From NCBI RefSeq assembly GCF_006345805.1, contig NC_042997.1, forward strand, positions 92,442,001 through 92,506,000: DNA of 64,000 nucleotides. Direction: 5' to 3'. The notes under the pieces are model-generated. The model did no database searches, was not told the origin of the DNA, and saw only the letters and a program-made list of their open reading frames with translations. Numbering within the stretch: the first letter of the stretch is position 1; every line of letters starts with the position of its first letter. Shown piece by piece: positions 1 to 10,095 of the stretch. Source of the DNA: Octopus sinensis (lineage: Eukaryota). The translations under genes and the position numbers were made by a program.

Positions 1-98
1 GGAGTGCTCAGCCACTTACACGTTAATTTCACGAGCAGGCTGTTCCGTTGATTCGGATCAACCGGAACCCTCGTCGTCGTAACCGACGGAGTGCTTCC
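1..98 (+). mobile_element. 3' end of a tRNA-derived SINE (same family as 16435-16820), truncated by the window edge
   Basis: Closely matches 16722-16815 (tgctcagccactt..cacgttaatt..gtcgtaacc.acggagtgct). Confidence 0.8.
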
Positions 99-188
99 AT
101 ATATATATATGAAGAAATTAATCAAAATTACTTTTTTAATGAAATCACAAAACTGTATTCAAAAGATAACATTATTTGAAAGGGAAGG

Positions 189-402
189 AAAGCGGTAGCT
201 GGCAGAATCGTTAACACACTGGACAAAATGATAAGTGGCATTCTGTCCATCTTTACGCTCTGAGTTCGAATTCCGCCGAGGTCGACTTTGCATTTCATCC
301 TTTTGGGGTCGATAAAAACAAGTACCAGTTAAATACTGGATTCGATGCAATCAACTTCCACCTCTCCTCAAAAACTACTTTATCTGCGCCAAAACTTGAA
401 AC
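189..402 (+). mobile_element. tRNA-derived SINE, 'ggcggcgagctggcagaa' family, common tail (tail B)
   Basis: Degenerate A box, B box GAGTTCGAATTCC; flanking duplication cattatttgaaag at 170-182 and 403-415. Confidence 0.85.
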
Positions 403-434
403 CATTATTTGAAAGTGAGGGAGAGAAAAATATT

Positions 435-1193
435 TTTTCTACTCTAGGAACAAGGCCCGAAATTTTTGGGGAGGGAGTGCCCGTTGATTAGATCGACTCC
501 AGTACGCAACTGGTGCTTAATTTATCGACCCCGAAAGGATGAAAGGCAAATTCGACCTCGGCGGAATTTGAACTTGGACGTAAAGACAGACGAAGTACCG
601 CTAAGCATTTCGCCCGGCGTGCTAAAGTTTCTTATTTCTTTACTGCCCACAAGGGACAATACACAGAGGGGACAGACAAACGGATTAAGTCGATTATATC
701 GATCCCAGTGCGTAGCTGGTACTTATTTAATCGACCCCGAAAAGATGAAAGGCTAAGTCGACCTCGACGGAATTTGAACTCAGAACGTGGCGGCAGACGA
801 AATACCTAGTTCTTTACTACCCACAAGGGGCTAAACACAGAGAGGACAAACAAGGAGAGACAAACGGATTAAGTCGATTATATCGACCCCAGTGCGTAAC
901 TGGTACTTATTTAATCGACCCCGAAAGGATGAAAGGCAAAGTCGACCTCGACGGAATTTGAACTCAGAACGTGGCGGCAGACGAAATACCTATTTCTTTA
1001 CTACCCACAAGGGGCTAAACACAGAGAGGACAAACAAGGAGAGACAAACGGATTAAGTTGATTATATCGACTCCAGTGCGTAACTGGTACTTATTTAATC
1101 GACCCCGAAAGGATGAAAGGCAAAGTCGACCTCGACGGAATTTGAACTCAGAACGTAGCGACAGACGAAATACGTTTCTGCCTGCTCGCCGCC
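435..1193 (-). mobile_element. SINE (tail B) interrupted in its head by a three-unit array of SINE body plus Tx1-like tail
   Basis: Head 1193-1174, rest of host 632-435; gtttct duplicated at 627-632 and 1174-1179 around the insert. Confidence 0.8.
633..1173 (-). repeat. Head-to-tail tandem array, three units of about 184 bp (SINE body from GTATTTCGTCTG to tail ...GTGGGTAGTAAAGAAATA)
   Basis: aatac anchors at 801, 985 and 1169 give a 184-bp period; the unit nearest 633 is slightly shorter. Confidence 0.9.
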
Positions 1194-1891
1194 TTGGGAG
1201 GGGAAAAATTAAGCAAATAATCAGTTAAGCAAATAATCTTGTTGCTATAATTTCGTTGTTTTATGTTTCACACGACTCAAGAACAAAAGTTACTTGATAA
1301 TATTAGTATATTAAAGGTAATGAACAAAGCTGAGACAATATTATCGTTCAACTGTCGTACAAAGTTGATTTTTCTCTCCATCCTTACAATATCAATAGAC
1401 AAGTACCAGTGATAATCCTTGTTCTGTTGCCAAAATACTTAATATCTACGCTCATTCTCTACGGCACCGCTATCTTGCAAGAGGAAATCTGGCGCTCTGT
1501 AATTTTGTTGATTACACTTTTCATTATGAAACAGTGAAAAGCAACTATTAGATTATGTTGGAATTCAATATATTTTGCCAAAGTGTCACCATCATATAAT
1601 TATTACTACTAACAGGACCCGTAAATATTTCACGGAATTAATGGTAAATTTATTGGATTAGAAGGCGGCGAGCTGGTAGAAACGTTAGCACGCCGGGCGA
1701 AATGCGTAGCCGTATTTCGTCTGCCGCACATGTGTTCGTGAAGTAAGAATTGCTGTTTCGTGGTGTTAATACTGTTAACAACTGTTGTTTCTTGTTAAAC
1801 TGTTGAATAACTTAACTGTTGGAGTTTTCAATTGAAAACACTTAGTGCTTGTGGTAGCACGCGTTGTTCATTCCCCCTTTGGGGGGGAAGA

Positions 1892-3421
1892 ATGTCGTCT
1901 AGCATGGAGCCTACCGTTGGAGCAGAAATACTTGTTTCTCCTGTTGAGAGGAGGAAATACATGTCCGGCGAGGAGCCAACTACAGACAAGGAAATAGGGG
2001 TTTCCCCCGCTACAAGAAGGAATAGCAGAGAGGATAATATATTTGATATTTTTGGAGATGTGTCTGAGAGCTCGTCAGAACTTTCACCAGAAGAGTTTCC
2101 GACTTTGCCAGAGAACAAAGGCATTGTGTCGAAGAGAATAATTGATGTGCCTAGCATCCAGATAGAACCAAAAAATGGAAAAAAAAGTTTTGCGTTGGCT
2201 GCTGGGGGTGGAACCCAGATACTGTCGATGAATAAAAGCGAAATTATGAAATACAGCAAAATGATGGAAATAAATGACAACAGTGTGAAAATTGAACCTC
2301 CGCAAAAGTTATTACAGGAAGAAAAGCAAAAAACAATAATTTTCAAAACATATTGTCTACAAAATAGAAAAATTGAAAGAATGTCAGAAGAGAAAATAGA
2401 AAAGTGCTTAAAGCCAATATTGGGCGACGTAGTATTTCTGAGAAGAGGAAAAAAATTCGGAACGGTGGAAGTAAGGTTCACCAATAAAGAAATAGCACAC
2501 AAGAACTCAGTGGAAACGTTGAAAACGAACGACGTGGAGTTAATACCCTATTATATGGGGATGAGGACGTCGCGAATAAAAATTACAAGGGTCCCGCCAG
2601 AGGTCGAACCTATGTGGTTGTTGGCGGCAGTCCTAATCAAAGAGGTAGAAAAAATTACTCTCCTCCAGGCTACCGCTACGGAAAACCCACGCTGGGATGG
2701 TAAAACAATTAATCTTCTCATTCAAGCGGACCCTAAAATAATTCAAACAATTCCTGAGACAATTGAGGTAGGGGAGGAGAACCTCGTGGTGTTTGTTGAG
2801 GGCCGAAAACCTCGATGTTTTTTATGTGGTCAATTAGGCCACATTCGAAGGAACTGCAAGGAAAATGAAGAAGAGGAGGAAGAGGAGAAAAAAGACAAAG
2901 AGGAAGAAGATAAAGAAGAAACAGATGAGAAAAAAACAACAAACAAAAGAAAAATACAACCAGCAACCCAGCCGAGAGCGGCGACTACTACAGAACAACG
3001 ACCAAAAAAGACTGCCAGAAGAGAAAAAGAAGAAAAAGGCATAATAGCCGTATACACTAAAGATACTGAGCTCATGAGAGACATTCAACTCATAAAGACT
3101 GTAAAAAAAATTGATAACCTTTCAGAGGAATTTATCAATTACGACATATATAAAGTCTCAAATAAGACTTATAGAATTCTACAAAATAAGTACAGAAAGA
3201 CTGTATCTTCATTGAGATTAGATTTTAACAAGTCGATATTTCATGGATTACCAGCTCCGATCCCGCGAGAAAAGGAAAAGGTGGAGATTCCCCCTCCACC
3301 TGATAATTCTGTGTCGGTGGTGAGACGGGATTTTGACAAATCTATTTCCCAAGACCGTCCACCTCCGACCCTGGATAAAAAAAAGGTGGAGGGTCCCCCT
3401 CCACCGGACAATCCTAATTAA
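1892..3421 (+). CDS. LINE ORF1, gag-like nucleic-acid-binding protein with CCHC zinc knuckle
   Basis: First in-frame ATG at 1892 (ORF track starts at TTG 1832); CFLCGQLGHIRRNC knuckle, acidic/basic stretch, Pro-rich C terminus. Confidence 0.88.
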   Translation: MSSSMEPTVGAEILVSPVERRKYMSGEEPTTDKEIGVSPATRRNSREDNIFDIFGDVSESSSELSPEEFPTLPENKGIVSKRIIDVPSIQIEPKNGKKSFALAAGGGTQILSMNKSEIMKYSKMMEINDNSVKIEPPQKLLQEEKQKTIIFKTYCLQNRKIERMSEEKIEKCLKPILGDVVFLRRGKKFGTVEVRFTNKEIAHKNSVETLKTNDVELIPYYMGMRTSRIKITRVPPEVEPMWLLAAVLIKEVEKITLLQATATENPRWDGKTINLLIQADPKIIQTIPETIEVGEENLVVFVEGRKPRCFLCGQLGHIRRNCKENEEEEEEEKKDKEEEDKEETDEKKTTNKRKIQPATQPRAATTTEQRPKKTARREKEEKGIIAVYTKDTELMRDIQLIKTVKKIDNLSEEFINYDIYKVSNKTYRILQNKYRKTVSSLRLDFNKSIFHGLPAPIPREKEKVEIPPPPDNSVSVVRRDFDKSISQDRPPPTLDKKKVEGPPPPDNPN

Positions 3422-3432
3422 ACAGGTAAGTG

Positions 3433-6400
3433 ATGGCTATTCACATTGGTTGTTTAAATGTTCATGGCCTGTTGTCAAGCTGGAAGCAAGGACGCTTTCT
3501 GAATGACATCAGGTCGAGAAATTTGGATGTAATTGTTGCAACGGAAACCCGGGTGAAGGGGCCAAGAGATCTGCTCCCCCTCCTGAACGGCTACGAGAAA
3601 TACGTTTCTCCGAGTCGGGCGGGAGGTGGGGGTGGGGTGTTGGTCCTACTAAAAAGAAACCGGGTAGCCGAGAAAAAGTTGGTTTTTTCTGACCCAGAAG
3701 GCAGTCTGGTCGTTCTCGACTTGACATTCAGTTGTGGCAAGACAATCAGGCTGGTCGCTATTTATGCACCAAACATTATTGGCCCGCAAACTGAATATTT
3801 TCGTGGCCTAGGAAAGTTCCTAGCCACGTCGCATTCACTAGTAGTGTTAGGAGACTCTAATACAATATGTGCAGCACACACAGATTGTGTTGGCTCAAAC
3901 TCGAACATGAACAGAAAATGTAACACAGGCTTTCGGGATCTGCTAAGTCAATTTCAGCTAGCAGATCCATATAGGTTGGAGCACCCGAACACTCCACAGT
4001 GGACGTGGTCAAATAGTGACGGGTCTACCAGAACATATCTAGATAGGATTTTAATTAGAGAAAAAGATAAGTCCATAGTTGAGTATCCACAGTTTTTTCT
4101 AGTCAGCTACAGTGACCACAAGATGGTTACCTGTAAACTGACGGTAGATAAGTTGCATAGACAGGGATCTGGCTACTGGAAACTCAATACGTCCCTTTTG
4201 GCGATTGAGGAGTACAGAAAGCGGATCAAGATGTTAATACAGAGGGTATTAACAGGTACCATCATTAATAACAAATGGTGGTACGCCCTAAAAAGAGCCA
4301 TCAAATATGAGTCTATTAGGTTTAGCATAAGTTTAGCTAAGAAGGGACGTAAAATAGGAGATGGTCTAGTTAAGGAACTAGAAGAAGCCTGGAGGACTGG
4401 TAATACAGACCAAGCGAGGGTGAAAAGACTGGAGTTAAACCAGCATCTTGAAGCCCACCACATGGGAAGTATTACCAGAGCTAAGTTACGGGCAATGGGA
4501 AGTGAAGGAATCAAAGCCGCTGGATGGGCCCGAGTGGTGGAAGCTCGGCAAGGAAATAGTTCCTCTATTCGGTCTTTGACGAATCAAAATGGTGTCTTGA
4601 TAAACGAACCCGAGAAAATGTGTGAGGTCTTTCGGGAGTACTTCGCCCAGCTGTTCGGGGGTGACGGCGGTCCTGGTGGTGGGAGAGCCCTCGAGGACTT
4701 TCTTACCGGGCTGCCGTGCCTCTCGGGGTCGGATGCGGAGTCTTGCGAAGGGCCAATCACACTTGAGGAGGTGATGGAGGCTTTGGCCGATTGTAAAGCG
4801 GGTAAGTCACCGGGACTTGATGGTCTTCCGTACGAGCTGTATAAATGTATGCCAGACTTGTTCGGGCAACTACTGACTGACGTGTACGCGAACTGGAAAC
4901 AGAATGGGTTTATCCCCAGATCTGTGCGCCGGGGAGTAGTGACGTTGGTCAGAAAGGACCCGGACAAGGGGGACGTTCTAGAGAATTTCAGGCCCATCAC
5001 TCTGTTAAACGCAGAAGTGAAGATTTTGGCCAAGGTTCTAGCAAAAAGGTTGGCGCGTGTCGCGAATGGTATAGTCGGGGAGGCACAGACATGTGCCATC
5101 CCAGGCAGAACCATTCAGGATACCCTCCATCTTATTCGCTATACCATAGAGAGGTTTGGTAATAAATCTGGCAAAGGTGGGGCATTGGTGCATTTGGACC
5201 AGTCTAAAGCTTTTGATAGGGTTGACCATCGATACCTAGCGACTGTACTTGCGCGGTTTGGCCTGGGCTTTGGCTTCCTCAGGTGGTTTATCGCTTTGTA
5301 CCACAACATTGACTCGATAGTTCGGGTGAACGGTTTCCTTTCGAAGCCGTTCTGCATCAGACGCTCGGTTCGTCAAGGATGTCCGCTTTCACCACTTTTG
5401 TATGTGATGGCTCTCGAGCCATTACTGCAAAGGTTGAGTGGCATCCCGAGAGAACCAGGACTAGAGGAGTTTGTTACGGCTTTCGCGGATGATATCACTA
5501 TCAGTGTAACCACAGTGGTACGCCTACGTGAAGTAGGTAAGACTATTGAGGCTTACGAGGAGGTAGCAGGAGCAAAGATTAACCGGGAAAAGTCGGTCGG
5601 CTTGCAGCTCGGCACCTGGGTTGGCAAGTCGATGCCTTCAGACAGTGTTGTTAGGCGCTGGATGGAGGGACCGGTTAAGTTGCTGGGAGTCTGGTTTGGA
5701 CCAGGCCTCCAGATAGAGAAGAACTGGACGGAGGTATTAAGCAGGGTGGCTGCAGTAGTCAAGACTTGGTCTTGGCGGTGGCTATCCCTGAAAGGGAGGG
5801 CGGAAGTGGCCAATGTGTTTATCGCATCGGTCATTACCTACCGCCTGACTGTCGTGCCCTGTCCGGATTCGTGGTTGATCAGGTTGGAGAGACAGCTCTT
5901 TCGCTTTTTGTGGAAGGGCAGGTCGCCACTTGTGAAACGCTCTGTCTGCTGTCAAAAGCCTTTAAATGGAGGTTTAGGGATGCCTTGGTTAATGATGCGC
6001 AGACATGCGTTGAGGTTGAGGCACCTCTGGATTCTCCTGGATAGTGAACGGGTGTGGTCTCCACTGGCCAGACAAATGTTCCCTGAGTTCAAGAGTTTTT
6101 GCGAACAGGAAGCCTGGTGTTCTCGTAGACCGAGGTCGAGTGAGTGGCATAAAGAGTGCCGTAAGGCCCTCTTGCTGTTCCGGCGCTCGGGCAACGCCAG
6201 CGGTGGGGGTTCCACACGGATTTTATATAGTGGGTTGGTAGAGTCTGAATGCGACGATGGCCTGGGGTCGACTCTAGGTCTCGGATTTATTCAACTGGAC
6301 AGCTTGTTTCATCGTACATTCGGGTTGAGAACGTTGGACAACTTCCAAAAGTCCTTAACCCGGCAATGCTACAGAGGTGCCTTGCCCGTTTGGGATAAGC

Positions 6401-6834
6401 TCGCAAGACATGGTAAACGTCAGTCGCCGACCTGTCCAAGATGCGGTGGGGACAGGGAAACCGTCCCTCACGCTATTGTTCAGTGTCCGGAGATAACTGA
6501 AATGTGGGCTTATGCTGAACATCTGTTGTCCGGCGAAGGAAGAGTACGGCTGTCGACTGAGTCAATTATAAAAATTGACCCACCGGGAGTTCTAACGAAC
6601 GAAGGTAAGAATTGTTTTCTCACGGTTGTAGCAATAGCAAAAGAGGCTGTATGGAATACTAGGATAAAAGGAATTAAGACAGGCAACTTTATCTCTGGTG
6701 ACAATTTACGATCCTTTTTTTCTTTTCATTTGAAAAGGAAACTGTGGCTGGAGAAGAGGTGTCTGTCAGAGTGTACGTTCCAAAAGAGATGGAAGTATGT
6801 TGCACGAGTGTTGTGCCTGCAAGGAACCGTGTGA
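3433..6834 (+). CDS. LINE ORF2: APE endonuclease, reverse transcriptase, C-terminal zinc finger
   Basis: LNVHG, GDSN, YLDRIL, YSDH (endonuclease); KSPGLDG, RPITLLN, KAFDRV, QGCPLSP, FADD (RT); CPRC..ETVPHAIVQC. Confidence 0.95.
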   Translation: MAIHIGCLNVHGLLSSWKQGRFLNDIRSRNLDVIVATETRVKGPRDLLPLLNGYEKYVSPSRAGGGGGVLVLLKRNRVAEKKLVFSDPEGSLVVLDLTFSCGKTIRLVAIYAPNIIGPQTEYFRGLGKFLATSHSLVVLGDSNTICAAHTDCVGSNSNMNRKCNTGFRDLLSQFQLADPYRLEHPNTPQWTWSNSDGSTRTYLDRILIREKDKSIVEYPQFFLVSYSDHKMVTCKLTVDKLHRQGSGYWKLNTSLLAIEEYRKRIKMLIQRVLTGTIINNKWWYALKRAIKYESIRFSISLAKKGRKIGDGLVKELEEAWRTGNTDQARVKRLELNQHLEAHHMGSITRAKLRAMGSEGIKAAGWARVVEARQGNSSSIRSLTNQNGVLINEPEKMCEVFREYFAQLFGGDGGPGGGRALEDFLTGLPCLSGSDAESCEGPITLEEVMEALADCKAGKSPGLDGLPYELYKCMPDLFGQLLTDVYANWKQNGFIPRSVRRGVVTLVRKDPDKGDVLENFRPITLLNAEVKILAKVLAKRLARVANGIVGEAQTCAIPGRTIQDTLHLIRYTIERFGNKSGKGGALVHLDQSKAFDRVDHRYLATVLARFGLGFGFLRWFIALYHNIDSIVRVNGFLSKPFCIRRSVRQGCPLSPLLYVMALEPLLQRLSGIPREPGLEEFVTAFADDITISVTTVVRLREVGKTIEAYEEVAGAKINREKSVGLQLGTWVGKSMPSDSVVRRWMEGPVKLLGVWFGPGLQIEKNWTEVLSRVAAVVKTWSWRWLSLKGRAEVANVFIASVITYRLTVVPCPDSWLIRLERQLFRFLWKGRSPLVKRSVCCQKPLNGGLGMPWLMMRRHALRLRHLWILLDSERVWSPLARQMFPEFKSFCEQEAWCSRRPRSSEWHKECRKALLLFRRSGNASGGGSTRILYSGLVESECDDGLGSTLGLGFIQLDSLFHRTFGLRTLDNFQKSLTRQCYRGALPVWDKLARHGKRQSPTCPRCGGDRETVPHAIVQCPEITEMWAYAEHLLSGEGRVRLSTESIIKIDPPGVLTNEGKNCFLTVVAIAKEAVWNTRIKGIKTGNFISGDNLRSFFSFHLKRKLWLEKRCLSECTFQKRWKYVARVLCLQGTV

Positions 6835-8361
6835 ATAGACGAGGAAAAAAAAAAAAAAGGAAAAATAAAAAGGTATCAGCGGTAGATCGGGGCTTGTGGG
6901 ATCGGAGCGTAACTTGATCATCGCTTCATTTGTATTGCTTTTGTACTGTGTATTCCATTCGATTTTTATGTATTGTATTTTATTTTTGATGTCACATTTA
7001 TGTAAAATCATATCGATTCACTGATCCCATCAGTTGTACTGTCCATATCTATGTTTGGCCCCCGGTGGGCAATAAAGAAATTCGTATTTCGTCTGCCGTT
7101 ACGTTCTGAGTTCAAATTCCGCCGAGGTCGACTTTGCCTTTCATCCTTTCGGGGTCGATAAATTAAGTACCTGTTACGCACTGGGTTCGATGTAATCGAC
7201 TTAATCCGTTTGTCTGTGCTTGTTTGTCCCCTCTGAGTTTAGCCCATTGTGGGTAGAAAAGAAATAGGTAAATTTATTGGATTATTTCTGAAAACTTTAT
7301 CCAAAAAGCCTGAAAGCCTAGCCTGTGCTGCGTCAGTATCGAAAGATAGTCGCTCACCAGCTAATCTTTGAAAAGTGAAGGAAATTGGAATACGATGATT
7401 ACTTAATGCACTTTATATATACACTTTATGCATAATTTTATAGACAATACACAAAACTCTCCCTCTTCGTCTTACTCTCTTTTTCTCTCTCCGTTTTCTT
7501 TCGCTCTTCACATTTCCCTCCAACTAATCACGTGAAAACGTTACAGCGGGCTAAGTAACAGAGGAAAAACAAACTTAATTAAAAAAGAAAATCACACATT
7601 TCATTCATCACCACCTCTTCTCTCTCTCCTCTTCAACTAATCACGTGGAAACGTTACGGACGGGCTAAGAAACGGAGTGACAAGCAGAATTATTATAAGG
7701 TAGTGATAACTCGTCTCCTACAGCATTTCTACAGTTATGAATTCCAACTCTCAAACTCTCAATGATTCAACAGCAAAATTTTTGTTTAGTCCAAGGTAAA
7801 TCCTGATGAGCAAGTTATCATAACTTTTCATATAGAACTGTATCACCCACTAAGCTTCCGTTTTTGAAGGCAGTAGAGTGTGATTTGAGGGAGATATGGC
7901 TGTTAGTTTTAGCAAGTCTAGCAACCACATAGAAGCACCTTCGTTAGTTTTGCTTGAAGTGACAATTTGTGCTTGCAACAATTATTCAGTTACAGCTATC
8001 ATTCAGAGGTAAACTCATCCAATCACTCTACTAACCAAGCGTACAAACCATTGTTTTTATCATCTCACAGTTTCTCTTGTATTAAACGGAATAGATGTAA
8101 CCGTATTTCTTCTGCCACGCGTTGCGATCGAATGATGGTAGTATCAGAAAGTGAAAAATCGGTGGACGCATAGTTTGCTTTTCCTTCCCCGCTTTTTTTT
8201 TTTTTTTATCGATCGGAATATTGGCAACGATGTTATTTTATTACAGTATCTATATAACCTTGTGTCGTTTTTGGACAATGCCGGAATTGCATTTGGTCAC
8301 CCGATTTGAAGTAACAAAACCATGGAAATATGCTTTCTGCTTTTCTTTTGTTTTAGTCATA

Positions 8362-8447
8362 GGCACCTTGGGCAAGTGTCTTCCATAGCCTCGGGCCGAC
8401 TAAAGCCTTGAGAGTGGATTTGGTAAACGGAAACTGAAAGAAACCCG

Positions 8448-8510
<63 letters not shown>

Positions 8511-8754
8511 TGTGTGTGTATTTGTATTTACGTGTCTGTTTGTTTCCCCGCCTTCGCTTGACAACCGATGCTGGTGTGCTTATGTCCCCATAACTTACCG
8601 GTCCGGTAAAAAGAGACCGATAGAATAAGTACTAGGCTTACAAAGAATAAGTCCTGGGTTTGATTTCTTCGACTAAAACCCTTTTAAGGTGGTGTTCTAG
8701 CATGCCCGCAGTCAAATGACTGAAACAAGTAAAAGAGTAAAAGAATAAAAGAAT
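8362..8754 (+). mobile_element. 5'-truncated SINE ('ggcgcaggagtggctgtgtgg' family) with internal (GT)n
   Basis: Matches 11060-11431 from ggcaccttggg to the tail gactgaaacaagtaaaagag. Confidence 0.85.
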
Positions 8755-8782
8755 ACCATTAAACAATATTTTACATTGTATT

Positions 8783-9000
8783 AGGCGGTGAGCTGGCAGA
8801 ATAGCTAGCACGCCGGACAAAATGTTAGGCGGCATTTCGTCCGTCATTACGCTCTGAGTTCAAATTCCACCGAGGTCGACTTTGCCTTTTATCCTTTCGG
8901 GAACCGATAAAATAAGTACCAGTGGAACACTGGGGGGCGACATAATCAACTTACCCACCTAGCCCCTCTTGCTGGCCTTGTGCCAAAATTTGAAACCAAT
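8783..9000 (+). mobile_element. tRNA-derived SINE, tail B
   Basis: aggcggtgagctggcagaa head, B box GAGTTCAAATTCC, tail ggccttgtgccaaaatttgaaacc. Confidence 0.85.
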
Positions 9001-9189
9001 ATTTAGTCTTAGATATCAGTAAGCAATAATAAATGAGATAACTATTGATTTTTTTTATTGTCTATTTCTGTTATAGGGACTTGATTTACTGGAGCAGAAC
9101 AAATGTCATCTCATTGTCTTTATTTTATGGCATGAAAACGTAGACTGAGACTGCAATGTTGCCTTTTACCGTTAAATTTGTTTCTACCA

Positions 9190-9363
9190 CCAGACTGCAG
9201 CTGTGCTGGGACACCGCCTTGAAGGGTTTCATTAAAAAAATCGACCCAATTAATTATTTTTGAAGTCCGGTACTTATTTTATTAATTTCTTTTGCCGAAC
9301 CGTTAAATTACGGGGGATGTAAATAAATCAACACTGGTTGTCAAGCGGAAATGGGGGATAAAC

Positions 9364-9405
<42 letters not shown>

Positions 9406-10095
9406 AGCATGCATATATATACCGTCATTCCTCGTGTATAATCCGTATTTTTTCCCCAAAATTTAAAGGTCAAAATCCCTAGTGCGTATTATACACGAGG
9501 TTAAAAATGAAAATTATTTTCTAAGCAATGTCCGCGTCTCTATTTGCTATCTGGCAATGTTTATTCAGACGCATTTTCTGATGTCGGGCGTGAAAATACC
9601 TTAAGCTGAGCCTGAAATCCATGAAGTCATAAAAGAATAATCCATAACATGCAGTAAGCAACATTTATTAAACGTTATTACTGTTATTTCTTTATTTTCT
9701 GAAAACAAAATGCACAAAAATGCTACACGTTTGCATTATAGTTATATATAAAATAATAATAAATGACATTACCGTATACATTTTTACAAACCAAGGACGT
9801 TATATAGACCTCCTTGACTCAAGTTAGAGAAGGGGTGCGTATTATACACAAGGTTTAGGTTTTTCTAAAAATCCTCTGCGTATTATACTCAAGGGCGGAC
9901 TATACTCGAGGATTTACGATATATATATGCATACCCGACAAGCTTCCACACAGTTTCCGCTTATCAAATTCACTCACAAAGCATTGGTCGTCTCGCCGCT
10001 ATAGTAAGGGACACTTGTCCAAAATACTACGCAGGAAGACAGAACTTGAAACCATGTAATTGCAAAGCGAGCTCCTTAAACACACAATCATACCC
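9190..10095 (-). mobile_element. Diverged SINE ('ggcgcagg' family) interrupted in its microsatellite by a MITE
   Basis: 9190-9400 and 9930-10095 are reverse-complement pieces of the 11060-11431 family. Confidence 0.7.
9422..9919. mobile_element. pogo/Tigger-like MITE
   Basis: Imperfect TIRs ccgtcattcctcgtgtataatccg / cggactatactcgaggatttacga, TA on both sides, subterminal repeats tgcgtattatac; no ORF. Confidence 0.75.

Larger units (their letters stand above)
1727..7082 (+). mobile_element. Full-length non-LTR retrotransposon, L1 superfamily, Tx1-like
   Basis: Two intact ORFs; 16-bp TSD cgtatttcgtctgccg at 1711-1726 and 7083-7098; 3' UTR of about 250 bp with AATAAA at 7071-7076 and no poly(A) tail. 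Confidence 0.92.
1661..7266 (+). mobile_element. SINE with Tx1-like tail (tail A), split by the Tx1 LINE: head 1661-1726, body and tail 7083-7266
   Basis: 18-bp TSD ggtaaatttattggatta at 1643-1660 and 7267-7284; the two halves join into a complete SINE. Confidence 0.9.

Noticed and set aside
633-1173. Regular array as a CRISPR locus
   Set aside because: Units are near-identical along their whole length with no unique spacers; no cas genes; eukaryotic SINE-derived sequence
1828-6704. Antisense and alternate-frame ORFs overlapping the LINE (e.g. 1828-2502, 4584-5114)
   Set aside because: Shadows of ORF1/ORF2 with no recognisable motifs
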